A stretch of 63,185 nucleotides of DNA, filler included, from Sphacelaria rigidula (lineage: Eukaryota): assembly GCA_964200075.2 (NCBI GenBank). It is 9 parts of 9 records of this genome, joined end to end, with 100 filler letters (N's around TTAATTAATTAA, not from the genome) between each part and the next. Parts side by side here need not be neighbours in the genome. Positions count along the whole stretch, not along the records: positions 21,097 to 28,028 come from CAXNAA020017349.1; positions 28,129 to 35,060 come from CAXNAA020017350.1; positions 35,161 to 42,092 come from CAXNAA020017351.1; 6 more parts are not named here. One strand, given 5' to 3'. Below are positions 25,436 through 38,135 of the stretch, piece after piece. The notes below the pieces were generated by a model. The model was not told the origin of the DNA, did no database searches, and saw only the letters and a list, made by a program, of their open reading frames with translations. The position numbers and the translations under genes were made by a program. How positions within the stretch are numbered: position 1 is the first letter of the stretch; every line of letters begins with the position of its first letter.

Positions 25436-26195
25436 TTGACGCGATTCAGCCCGCTCACGTTTCGTAAGGTTCAAAATTCTATTTCAGTTCGCAGTTCAGG
25501 CGGGCTAATCGTCCTGTCAGCTTTGCCCGCATGATGTTCAAAGGCCTGTTTTCCGCTCAGGGTCCGCCTCACTATATTGCCCGCGGCCCGCCATGATTCA
25601 CGCCGGGCGAAAAGTTCCAGCCCCGCAGGGGATGGTCTACGTCTGTTCCTGTTCTTTAAGCATCTCTGTTCTCATTTTCTTCCTTCCTTCCATCACTTGG
25701 CGCCAGGTCTAGGTGGGGATTTCTAGCGAAATTGTTTCAAGTCATTGAGTTGGCTCCTGTGGCACCTGCTCAACCGCTCCGCTCTCTCCTGCTTTCAGCG
25801 GCATTTCGTTTTCCTTCTCTCTGTTCTTAGTTCAAGAGCATGTTCTCCACTTCGTTGACGGAGGCCAATGCGTGTAAGATGGTGGGGCAGATGGATGAGG
25901 GGCCACAACAAGTATCTTTGTACCGACATCTATAACACGGTCCGGGAGCTGTTGCGGCTTGCCCAGATGAACTCCGGATTACAGGAAGAGAGGTCGTTCA
26001 TGGCCACCTTCGAAGCTTAAGCTGGATTCGGCCGCCGTCTGGACGCACCATAAGTTGACGAGTTCTTCCGAGCAAGGGCAGCAGGTTGACAGAGCTCGTG
26101 GGGGTCGCCAATATCTTGGCGGTCTCCGGAACGGAAGCGGTGACGCCGCCCAGCCCGCGGCGCCTCACGCACAGTGGCCTTGGTCAACTGAGTGG

Positions 26196-26196
<1 letters not shown>

Positions 26197-26226
<30 letters not shown>

Positions 26227-26232
26227 TGTATG
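26197..26232. repeat. (TATG)n microsatellite
   Basis: Direct reading. Confidence 0.95.
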
Positions 26233-26679
26233 TTTTGTGCACCATGCATTCGAAAAATCTTGGCGGCACACTGCTGAACAAAATAAGTGTCACAAGATTG
26301 AGACCGATTCTAAAGGAAGCCGTTCAAAAATTTACATGAGTACTTCAAAAATTTGACACCGCTTTTTGCCTGCCGCGATTTTGAACTGGGCCAAACAAAA
26401 ACTCTGTCGTAGCACAAACTTTTTTGTGGTACATGAAATTGGCGTGGCCCAGGAGTTGTGCACCTGTACAACAGCGCCCAAAAAAGACATAACAGCCGCA
26501 CAGCCATCACGTGACTTTTCCAACTTTGTGTCAACAGTATTTCGTTCCCATCCCAATTTTGTACAGGCCGGACTAGCGGAATAACAGCAACTCAGTCAAA
26601 ATCTCCGGCGTAGATCAAACCGTGTTCGTAGGGTTCAAACACATTGCAATCAGTACAACAGCGACTACAGCATTGAAAT

Positions 26680-27260
26680 GATTTGTGTGGGCACTGATCG
26701 CACTATTGGTTTTACAGATGACACAACTTATCCAAAACACCATGATGGTGAAGTTTTCGGCGGCATCTAGACTCGTGTGCCGACCGGGATATAGCCACAG
26801 CACAGCCGTTCGCGTAATCCACAGCGCAGATCGAGCAGTCTTTGCAGATTCCAACGCAGCACACTACCGTATCAGCTACAATACAGCACAGGAATGCCGC
26901 GTCTGCGCACCACGGGCCTTTTTTATTGACGAAGACACAACATCCAACAAACACATAGAGCATTTTCAACCGTGACAGGACAGCACTTCGTCCCGACTAC
27001 AGTTGTTCGGAACACAACAGCAGTACAGCACCTCAGGCAATTCAAGCAGAGACCAGACAATTTTGGCAAGGTCTGAACACACCACAGTGCAGTGACAGGC
27101 GCAGCACACGAGAGAGTCCTGAGTGTGTGCTGTAGTACAGTAAAACATGACATGGCCCATATTTAAGTTCTTCGCCAAATTCTCGACGAGTCCTCAAGCA
27201 TTCAAAATCGTCTCCCAATTTTGAACGCCCGCCTAAAATTTCGGGCCCATTCAAAAAGTC
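26680..27260 (-). repeat. Dispersed repeat, inverted homolog of ~61715-62095
   Basis: Shared GGCGAAGAA...GGGSCATGTCAYGTTTTACTGTAC...CTGTCACTGCACTGTGGT and GCTCGATCTGCG...CTAGAYRCYGCCGAAA blocks. Confidence 0.75.
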
Positions 27261-28696
27261 TGGGGGTCATTTTTGTTTAAATCGTCACGATGTTGTTCCA
27301 TATATAAGCTTTTTGTCACCACCCGTTGAAATTTTTCGTTTTTTTTTCAACGGCTCTTTCATAAGAATTATTCGAGACGCGCAGAAACTATTTTCACCCG
27401 TTTTCACTCTACACCATGCCTTCTCCACTTCACGTCTGAGGTGTTCACTTTTTCCCCTGGTTCGTTTCTGCAAACAATGCGATGCATATCACGAGCTGTG
27501 CGATCGTAGGGGCGCACAAAATTCTTCTGGGCAGGCGTACTGAAGTTAGATACGGAATCTCGCGCACTTGCACTGGTGCAGTTACGACGAAGTTGCGTCT
27601 GAACGTGAGGCGATACTCTCGCAGCCAAGCATCACAGATTGTGAAGAACGATAGTCTTGTTTCTCAACGCGAAAATACGTGAGGCGATGCACTCCCACCG
27701 TGGTACAATTCTCACACTTCCTGACAATCAAGATCCTAAGTTGACAAGCATTTTCAGCAAATGCTGGCACCAATGATGAGTGCCCCATAGCACTGCATCG
27801 GTGTACGCAGCGTATCACCCCCTAAAATTCGTGTCTGTATCGTGTTGTTCTCGTTGTTTTTGGTCCTAGTTTCTCAGATCTACTCCGTTTGTTCGTATGC
27901 TCGTATGTTCTCGTTTCATCCACTTTTTTCCCCTTTTTTTTCCAGCGATCGTTTCCGTTTTGTACACCGCTGACTGATGCCGAGATAGCCCCCCCACAAA
28001 AAGTGCACCGGAGACCGTCCGACAAACCNNNNNNNNNNNNNNNNNNNNNNNNNNNNNNNNNNNNNNNNNNNNTTAATTAATTAANNNNNNNNNNNNNNNN
28101 NNNNNNNNNNNNNNNNNNNNNNNNNNNNTGGTCCATATGAAAGTCATTTGTCATGAATCTAGTTCAGGGAAAGCACGGCTTTTGAGCTGAACCTCATTTT
28201 TTCTTTCAACCCCATTTTCGAAAATCGGCTGTTATTTGCGAATGAATTCGGGCACAACCTGGCTATATCGTATCTTTAACTCGAACCGCACGGCTCACAC
28301 TACTTTGGAGCCATCTTGAACGGTGCATTTTTCCACAAATGCGACCTGTGGGCCAGCGCGCAACATTTAAAAACATTATTCTGCCATTCCATTCAGGCAG
28401 CGGGTGGCAGGGATGTTCCAACATGCTACACATGTAAACGTTTCGTCTCATTATCGGAACCGGCGCAGCGAGACATGTTATGAATAAAACCTCACTCTCA
28501 ATCGTACTTTCAACGCTCGATTTCACGGAAACATTGTTGGGTTTGCCGGCAGGATTTTGCACCAATGTGCGAGATAAGCGTTTTGTCCATTAATGGTGCA
28601 GACACACCCTGCCGCTGAAAGCCATGAAACGCCTGCTCTCAATCGTATCGTAGACTCTCAATCTCACGAAAACATTGTTAATTGTAAGATGAGAGC

Positions 28697-30583
28697 AAAT
28701 CTCTCCGCAGCTCGATGTTTCGGCACACGGCAAATTGGGCACATGCTGGTAACATCGATGATGTTACTCTCTCGAGAGTATGGTGATCGCCGAGTGAGGA
28801 CACACAAAGGACACGGGCGAGGAGCTTCCTCTCTGTCATTGCTTCTTTCTCTGGTGATATCGTCATCGACACGCGTGTACACCGCATTCGTTCGGTGCAT
28901 TTAGCCATAGCTGCTTAAGTGCTGCGGACATTTGGCGGGGAAGATGGCTTCGCTCGGTCCTAAGTGTTTCGCGTCTTCCCTGCAAAAGAGAAATGCCATT
29001 TCAAACTCATTTTTGAGATTGACCTCATTTTCCAGGATCCACTGTTACCAGCCATTGGTCGGAACCTGTGCCACACCGGCATTTGTATTGATGACTCCAC
29101 CAAACGCACCTGCTTCGAGATTATACTTACATTTGGGGTGAAGTGCAGACGTGCAAACAGCAGTAACATTTTGACCAATAACGACAATGACGTGTATCAT
29201 AAGAACGTCAATGTTCCTTTTTCATGATTGCTGGCGCCCCAAGGGTGATCCCTTCGACCTTCAGGGCATATCACAGGTCAGGCGGGTACTATGATACAAT
29301 GCTCCTCCGGCCGACTACAACTGTAGCAAATCAAAACAAAAAAAACTGTAGCAAATCAAAACATCGAAACTTCAGGCGCAAGGGACAAGAACACTGAAAA
29401 CTCGAATCACCTGGCACCGAGTTGCAATACTCCGACACCCCAAGAAAATGAATTTCACGCCACCCGCTAACTACCTCCCGCCCCCTATACGCGTTACGAG
29501 AAGCACGTGTCGATCCTGATCCGATAATTTCTACCGTTATTGCGCTCATTCTTTTGCAATAACACTGCCGGGGATAAAGGTGCCTGGGCGTCGCTCAATG
29601 CGTCAGTACTTCACCTCAGCGAAAAAAGTCTGACAGACCTCGTGTTCCCTTTGTGTGGGCAATAGGCAGGCGTCGAAGATAGCGCGCACTGACTGTATGG
29701 CATGTTGTTTTCCCTTTGTTCAAAACATAAAAATCAGTTCCCATCCCAACAAACATTCCCATTCCATGCTCAAACAGCCCCTTGTTAATAAAACAATAAT
29801 CCAAACCCCAACCCAACCTTAATATTTATGTAATTAGTTATTTAATTACTTAATTATTTTAATTATTTAATGATTTTATTATATTTTCTATTACTTCTTA
29901 TATATAACTTCATTTCATTTTATTCTCATTTGTTTAAATGAATATTGCACCGATATAAGCCGATATCCTACATGCATCACGTAATGCAGCCATATATCCC
30001 GCTATAAATCACCTGATAAGGGCAACAAACTGTTCAATATCACCTGATATAGGCATATATATATATATATATATATATCACCTGATCTAGGCCTACATAT
30101 CACGCGATGCAGGTATATATATATATATATATCATATATACCACATATCACATACCCCTCTAGTCATATTTTACTGAAAAAGCTCCATATAACCGTGAAT
30201 CCTGGAAAATGAGGTCGATCTCAAAAATGAGGTTTAGGTGGCGTGTCTTTTTTGCAGAGGTGACGCGAAACAGTGACACAAAGCAAAACCATCTTTCCCC
30301 CCGAAGCTCTGCAGCAGTAAATCAGTTGTGGCTAAATGCATCGAACGAATGCGGTGTACACGTGTGTCGATGACGATATCACCAGAGAGAGAAGCAACGG
30401 CAGAGAGGAAGCTCCTCGCCCGTGTCCTTTGTGTGTCCTCGCTCGGCGATTACCAATCGTTCGAGAGACTGGCATCATGCATAATATGTTACCAGCACGT
30501 ACCGAATTTCTCATGTGCCGGTAGGTATGCCATTATATTGCTGCGCACAACCCCCCATAGAACATCGAGCTGCGGAGAGATTT
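28697..30583. repeat. Long inverted repeat (arms ~28697-29045 and ~30192-30583) around a ~1.15-kb partly AT-rich spacer; foldback/MITE-like
   Basis: The arms encode near-identical spurious peptides on opposite strands (HRTNAVYT.VDDDITRERSN.REEAPRPCPLCVL). The spacer holds an AT-rich tract (29817-29945) and (TA)n. Confidence 0.8.
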
Positions 30584-30835
30584 CGTCTCTTCTTGTCTCT
30601 GGAGCTCACCAATGCGAATATCGATTTCTCTCTGCCTCTCTTTTTGGACAGGACGCGCCTCTGTGCGCTGGAAAACATATCGTTGAAAAACAAGGCAATG
30701 TTGACGTCAGCGCTACTACTGTTTTGTGTTACACACATGTCAGCAAGGACGGTGCGCTACGGCAAAAATAACCGATCCAATTTGAACTTGCGGGGAGGGG
30801 TGTTATTCATCGTTGATTATACCCGACATGACATA

Positions 30836-31160
30836 TGTGACGATCCAGGTACCCGACCACAAGAGCCTGCCACAGGCCAGTTGGGGTGTGTTTGAGAGAG
30901 AGATCAAACAACTGTGGAGACTGTGACGTTAGCCAGTGGAAACACTGTTGGATCACTGCTGTTGAGGGACTCCCCAGTCTTACTGGCCTCAGTTTCAGTT
31001 GTCATCCTTTACAACATTCTCATTCTTCAGGAGTGCCCTGGAAGGGCACCAGCTTTCTAGACCTGCATATACCATCCCCGGGTCCCCGATCATTATTCAG
31101 AACCCTAGTCATTATCCATGTCATCACTACCAACTCCACGTACGACGTATTTTCGTCACA
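30836..31160 (-). mobile_element. 3' LTR (325 bp) of the Ty3/gypsy element
   Basis: TGTGACGA...TCGTCACA 8-bp inverted termini, about 75 nt after the integrase stop codon. Confidence 0.75.
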
Positions 31161-31234
31161 GCACCCCGGATGCGCGTTGGACGAAAATCGATCAACAAGC
31201 TTGAAAAATAGAAAACGCCAAAACGATGAGTAAG

Positions 31235-34200
31235 TCACAATTGAATATCGAACTCACTCGCCATGCGAGCAGCAACGGCATGAGTCACGCGCAATTTACG
31301 CAACTCCTTCGTAAGAAATTCCGGAGCGGCCTTAAAAATGTCCTTGAAAGGCTCCCACTTACGCTTCTCAATTTCGAAACCAACCCAGTCGACCAACACG
31401 ACCAACGAACGATCATCTAGTTCTGCCACTCGGACAATACCAGCCATCTGAAATTGCCCCTGATCGAAAGCATGCTGGAACACGTCCTTAACTTCAGCCG
31501 TAACATTAAGCTGCGAGTCTGCGTAAAAACGCAAACGAGCTACATGGGCAGTATGAACACGACCCGAAACAATGTTTTGAATCTCAAACACGTGCGGGTG
31601 GTGAGCACCAACCTCTTTCCATGGACCAGTCCACATCGCCATCAACTTGGGCGTAACACCCGGACGACGCACGCGTGCATACAAGACATAGTCACCTACC
31701 TCAAAATTCGGCAATTCCAGCCCCGACGTGGACCCCTCACGTCTACGCGCATGTTCAGGGGCAACACGTTCCTGCACTTGAACGTGGAAACGTTTTTGCA
31801 CGTCCAAGACTCCTTGCAATGCACTTTTAAGTTGAACATCGTCCAGAACATCAAACTTCCATTTCCCCGCCGATGAAGACGCCAGCACCGAGAAAGTCGT
31901 CTGAGGGACACGACCAAACATCACGTGGTACGGCGTACTGTCGTAACGACGACGATACGCTGTATTGAGCGCCCATTGCACCGCTGGCAACACGTCCACC
32001 CATTCGGAAGCCTCTATACGATGCTCGAGAAGAATAGAGCGAAGAGCACGAACTACTTCCTTGACCATGCGTTCGCACGTACCGTTAGACCACGGAGAAT
32101 ACGCTACCGCAAACCGGTGATCAACGCGCAAAGCCTCTCGCAAGCGGGCCAAGATCGCATTCTTGAAATGCGTGGAGGTATCACTCACCCACACACGCGG
32201 CACCCCTACAGTTTTGCACCAATTCCGCAGAGATGCAGCGGTAGATTAAGCAGTACACAATGCTACTGGTTCCAGAGTCACAAAGTTGCTCAAATCATCT
32301 ATGGTTACCAAAATGTATCGAGACCCAGCATCCTCCGACAAACCTTGAGAAGTTATCGGGCCACTCTCGCCCACGTACAAGAAGTCAAAATGAACGACTT
32401 CATTCGGCGTGGTCCCATGGACAGTTTCGCCGAGCGGGCGGTGAACAACACCGCCCGCCCTCGAGTCAGCACAGTGAAGACACTGGCGGACAAATTCGCG
32501 CACGTGAGTTTCTATCCTCCGCCAGACACAAATATCTTGCAAGCGCACGAGCGTCGCAGCCACATCACGATGCCCGGCGTCGCGCATGTGCGCGAGAATC
32601 ATCAGACGTACCTGCAACTGCTTGTCAGAACTCGGAATCCACAAAACGTTTCGGCCACGCACATGCACACGAAACAGACCTTCATTGTCCAAGACAGCAG
32701 TACCAACGTCCGACTCGAAATATTGCACACCCGCACCTTCGGCCCCAAGGTCTTTTAGTCGCGCTTGGCGGACAACAGATCTGGACGGCATCGACTCATC
32801 ACGTTCACACGGACCATACACAGCCAAAGCACGCACAGGCATTTCAATTCCAACTGTAGGCACCTGCATAACCACACTACCCCATTGGCACTCAGATGCA
32901 TCTGGAAACAAAAACACCTGACAATCAGGGCGAGGATGGAACAGCGTCACGGCATGAGCCACCAGATTCCTTCGCTGCCGTTCACGCCTATAGCCTGCCC
33001 TCCGTCCACGATGCAGCCTTCTTCGGAAACGCCATATCTGGACTGGACCACCCCACCTGCAAACTCTGTAACACCAACTCGAGCGCCAAAAGAGCCGCCA
33101 TGCACAACGCCAACCAACTCGACTTCACTGGATCGCACCGCCGCGACTTCATCTTCACCGCAGACGCCCCAGGTTTTGGCTGAACACGCATCGGCTCCAC
33201 GCGCGTAGGGGGATCACCCCGCAGCGCACGACGAAACGCGTTGACGCGGTCATGCAATATGCCGCGCAGGCGCTCCGCTTTTGAGACGCTGAGGCCTGTC
33301 GCCCCAGCATCCGTTACGTTCTCCTCCAGCGCGACCTTCCGAGCGGACTCCTCTTCCGCCGGAATCATTAACATCTTCGGGCCGCGCTCTGCTAAGCGTT
33401 CCATTGCCGCATCCCGCTCCTCGGTCACCTGCCCTCCAGCCTCCTGAAAAGCATCCACTGACAAACTCACGCGACGACTGCCCAAAAGGACGGGCGTCTC
33501 CACATGCAGACCAGGCGGAGTCATCCGCGTCTTGATGGAGTCCTTCAACCGCTCACACGGGTCGACTCCTAGATCCTGTAGCGTCGGCAACTCCAGACGA
33601 ATAACGCCATCCGACCCTGGCATAATCGCAAACGAGATCGGAGGCAACGGCGCCAGCCCCCGAGCAGGCTTAAAGGCTAGCTGAAACGGAACAGTACGCT
33701 CCGTGACTGAAACATGCTGACCCGACGCGGTGACTGCCTGCCGCGCCCCGAGCGAAAACGGGATACGCAGCGGCATACCCGGGAGTTGACGCTCCAGCCT
33801 CTCAACCATCTGCACCGGCAGACAAGTGAAATGGGCGCCAATTCCAATACAGACCGAATCACAATGGCTCCACGCTGCCGTTGATTCGGAAGACATAACT
33901 CCGCCGGAATGTATCTGTCGGCAAGCTCCACGGGAACTTCTTCCGCTGACATGCGTCGCTAATCCCACTTGACGCCACGGCTGCGCAAGCTGCGCAGACG
34001 AAGACTTCCCGGCAGGTTCAAACGGCACCGCCGGCGGGTACGCCCCCCAGCCAGCAAACCAAGAATTTGGCGACCCTCCGACCAGCGCGTCGACAGGCGT
34101 CGCACCTTGCGCTGCTGCCGGTGTCGCCGGCGCAGTGTTCGACTCTGTAGAAGTCGGGCCCACCTGCACCGCCCGCTGCGGAGCAACAGCACCTACGGCG

Positions 34201-35060
34201 GCGCCGGATCCGGAGCCAGGCTCACGCTGACGCCGCTGCCCCTGCTGCCGCTGCGGCTGCTGCTGAGGGCTTGCCTGCGACCCTCCATCGCCGGAGGATC
34301 CGCCGCCGCCACCACGATTACCTCGTCTTTTCCCCTTGTGCTGACGATGCTGATGGCGCGCGGCACTTGACTGCCCAGACTATCCACCGGAAGACGTTGG
34401 GCAATCGCGCGCGTAATGACCGACCTGGCCACAGCGGTGGCAAGTAATACTCGCGGCGTGACCGGCCGATTTCGAGCCATCTTCGCGCAAAGATTTCGGC
34501 GAAGGGGAGGACGGCTGGCCGAACACCTCTATTCTTCGCCATTCCTTGGCCTCGGCTACGACGGTGCTCATCACCAGGTACGGGTCGGCCTTCCAGTCTG
34601 TTTGGTGCTGCAGCGTGACAAGCACGGCTTGCTTGATTTTTTCCGGTGCCAACCCCTCCACCAAAGCCTTCGTGACCACTGCAGCCGGACCGGGAATGAA
34701 CTCACCATGGCAGGAACGATGTACTAGTTCACGTTCGGATTTTCCGTGAAGCACTTCTTCAAATCGGACAGGATGGGCCCCACCCGCTCCAACATCGTTT
34801 CCCCCCGATAATCTATTGCGACAGCTTTCGCCACGGCCGCGGACTTTTGGGTGAGATCTACCTCGGCGCCCGCCGCATGCCCAACATGCTTTTTGATCGC
34901 CGCAACCAATTGCGGCGAGGTGATAGTACTCTCATTATGTTCAAAACGAGAGAACACTCTCTGTACATGAGTTGGCACTTGTTGAGCCATTGTCACCACC
35001 TGATGCCGCACGGCACCCCCTGCATTAGCGTGCTCCACACGCTTCTTGTATTCCAAATAC
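31235..35060 (-). mobile_element. Ty3/gypsy chromodomain LTR retrotransposon, degenerate, RT core deleted, truncated by contig end
   Basis: Gag zinc knuckle CHRCGQVGHYARDC (~34395-34440), degenerate protease, RT start WSSP...PKK directly followed by RNase H (LFHP...FPDASECQWG), integrase HHCC (HMRDAGH...CLHC), core VVHFDFLY/VSDTSTHF/SNGTCERMV and a C-terminal chromodomain (VLVDWVGF...WEP). Several frameshifts and stops. Confidence 0.92.
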
Positions 35061-35160
35061 NNNNNNNNNNNNNNNNNNNNNNNNNNNNNNNNNNNNNNNN
35101 NNNNTTAATTAATTAANNNNNNNNNNNNNNNNNNNNNNNNNNNNNNNNNNNNNNNNNNNN

Positions 35161-37270
35161 AGGGGAGGGCCTCCGACGGCTTCATGTTTGCTGGTGTGGT
35201 CCGGGAGGCGGCAGCCGCACCCCCGTGGGCATGTGAGGCCCTGCCAAGCTCGTAAGCAGACGCCCGCCGGCGGGGCCCATGACGCCAGCTTCGTGTTGAA
35301 ATCGGTGTTCGGTGGCGTGAGGTGTTGCCACTGGGGCGGGTACGGCGGGGGTCGGGGAGCGACGCGTTTGACCGCGTTGCTCGTGCTCCCGTCGGGGAGT
35401 GCCTTTCGCTTGACGGTTGTCTCGGGGGCGGGCTGCGCGGATGAGCCTGCTACCGCGAGCCCGGGGTTTTGGCGACCGATGAGGCTGCTGGGGTGGCCGT
35501 CGGCGGTTAGCGTTTTCACACGGGTGAAATATGGCACCGGCGCCGCGGGGCCCTGCCCGTTGGCGGGTGGGGCGGCGGAAGACTCCATGCGTAAGTTCAA
35601 TCCCGCGTCCCTGCATTCTGTGAGCCACCCGTTGATGTCGTGGTTATAGTCAGTGATTATGCGGGTTTTGACGGCCGCCTCGTCTCTGTGTAGAGCGGCG
35701 TAATTTTTTCTCGTATACGCGTCCAGCGCCGACGCCATCCTCGTCAGCTCTCCTGTGATGAAGGCTCGCCTATCCCGCCCGCCGTCGTTGTCGGTGGTGC
35801 CGAAGTTGATGATGATGGTCAGAGCCTTGGTAAATGTTGTGACATGGACCTCAGCGCGAAAGTAGTTCTTTTTTATGCCAGGCGGCACCAGGGAGTGGAA
35901 GTTGGTGACGTAAACGTCGTTCAGCGTCTGGAGATTACTCAGCATGCCCCGGTTGGTGTCGGCCACATCGCCGAGTTTTAGTTTCAAGTTTGCGTCAGAC
36001 ATGGAAATGGAAATGGAGACCCCGCCCCTGAGGATGTGGAAGAGTGCCTTGTTTTCGTCTGAGAGTCAGCTGTTAATCTCCCGCTTCTTCTGCATTTCTT
36101 CGGCCTTCTTCGTACTGGCGGGGGCGGCGTTGTCCGCTCCCATTGCATGCATGAGTTGTTGGATCTGACCCCCTTCCCCGCCACTAAGAAGTTGAAGGAG
36201 TTGGTGGACCGGGGATTGCGGCTGTGCTTGGTGGTGTTGCTGTGGTTGCTGTTGATGGAGTTGTTGTACGTGGTGCTGGTCCGGCCGCGGTTGCCGTTGT
36301 TGCTGCGGCGGCTGCGGTTGTCCGTGCTGCTCGTGCTGCTGAGGTTGATGCTGTTGCTGCTGCTGTTGCGGTTGATGATGGTGATGTGGCTGCCTGTGAC
36401 TGTTGGAGTTGGTGATGCGGTGGTGGCCCTCCGATGGGTGGCGGCAGTGGGACGCTGGGTGCAAGCAGGGAGGCCCCGTTTACTCTTCCCCCCGCCATAT
36501 GCTGTTGCCGTGCGGCGCTCGCCGGCTGCCGGCCGACCCCGCCTTGGACGGCCCCGCCTTGCTGTTGTGGTTGTCCGTACTGGAGAAGATGTACCTGCTG
36601 TTGAAGGTTCGAGATTGCCTGGCTCTTTTGCTGCTGTCGGTGAAGGTTTTGCTGGTGTTGCTGATCCATGTTGATGTTCGTTTTCGCCTGTGCCTGCAGG
36701 ATTTGAGCTAGAATTTCTGATGGCGCGCTTGGGCCCGGTGGGGGTCCGAGTGGCGGTGGGGGGGGGTGCAGGTGCGTCAGTGTTGAACTGGCCTGCACTA
36801 CCTTGCGGGCGGGCATGCTGGTTGACGGAGATCGGGTTGCTGTGCGTGCCTCCGGCTTGTGGTGCCGAGGCTCGGCGTGGTTCCCGTCCTGCGGCCCTTC
36901 CCTCTTTTCTCCTGCCGTTGCTCGAGCTCCTGATGTGCTGTGGGGGTGTTGGCCTTGGCTTTGCGAAGCCGCTCCTCCCGCTGCTGCTGCTGCTCCCGAT
37001 GTTGATGTGTTGTCCATGATAAAAACCGATCAAGTGCCAGGGACTACTGTACTACTGAGACTGCTGGCGTGTCGCTGACTGGTCAACTGGTCTCGAGTGA
37101 TACTGTCTGCTTCTTTGGTACTCTTGCACAAGACCAGTATCGCCCGCTTGAACCAACTCTGCGGCGTTGCGCCTTGGACACGCGATCCCTCACATCTTAT
37201 TTCAACTTCGGCATACGCCAGAGTACATCCCTTATAATTCGTCATCCGCCAACACAAACCTCGTATTCAT
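35161..37270 (-). mobile_element. Retroelement 5' region with gag-like ORF (Q-rich N-terminus, helical domain, CCCH finger), copy 1; putative DIRS/Ngaro type, degenerate
   Basis: Homologous to 50100-52708, including a ~250-nt non-coding leader. C-x8-C-x5-C-x4-H finger CLRAWQGLTCPRGCGCRLPDH. In-frame TGA at 36066 where copy 2 has TGG. Confidence 0.6.
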
Positions 37271-37435
37271 ACTGAATACACCCAGATCAGCCCCGTCGCG
37301 TTGTTTTGTTTTTCCCTTGAAAATTGAACATGAGCCCGCTCTTGTTCGGGAACCTGAGCTTGCGTTGGGGTAGTGTTGAGTCAACTCTGTTTCCCTCCCA
37401 ACGGCCACCGTGAAGAAAAAATGCGATATCGCGAG

Positions 37436-38135
37436 CTAGTTATACTCTGTTGCGGATGAAGTGGTTTGTAGTCGCATTCTTGTCGGTCCGAGTATGACTG
37501 CTAAATGGTTACGTAACATTATTGACGGGGCTTCTTTTTGTTCCGCCGTGGTGAACACACCTTTTTGTTTTTGTTTCGCCTTGGTAAACGTCATATTCTG
37601 AGCTACGAGCTGTCGCCATACGGGGTTGACGATCTGCAAAGTACTACTCCACGGTGTAACTATCCCCAGCTCCCTTTCAAACGCCATGGCCAACTCCGAT
37701 ACGTGATTCGTTCTCGGAGAACCGTAAGCGTATCGGAGATCACACTCTCCCACCGTTGTTGAGCAGGCCGAAAGAGCTGTGGTGCTTAATGCGGTACAGC
37801 GTTCAACTTGTACAACCATCCTCCCTTTCCCACCAACAGAAGAAATGCGATGTTTTGAGGATGAGCGTTTTCGATACCCGTGTTCGTGCGATTAGATCGC
37901 GACTTCAGGGAACTACTAAACAATGCCCATGTTGCCGATCTACTTCTAGTGGACGCTGCCCAAGCGGTTGTGAACTACTATACATATCTTCTGTGGACTG
38001 CGTGTTCATCTATCTGTAACCCCCTGTCTCCTTGTTGGCAATGGTCATCGGAGACCGTGTCGCCACATGATTGGCAAAAACGATATCCCTCGCCATTCTC
38101 ACTGTGACAAGTAGGACAGAACACGCGTGCGCTTG
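37436..38135 (-). pseudogene. Zinc-ribbon plus ALOG-like (tyrosine recombinase N-terminal) remnant of a DIRS1-like element
   Basis: CPTCHSENGEGYRFCQSCG followed, after stops and frameshift, by GRMVVQVERC...C......C.LRYAYGS.R..HVSELAMAF...LG...W...L...NPV...LV......KQ..G....EAP. This follows the ALOG-domain motif order. Confidence 0.55.

Noticed and set aside
34724-36002. Gag-like CCCH ORF as the 5' part of the gypsy element
   Set aside because: The two are separated by an artificial linker and lie on unrelated contigs.
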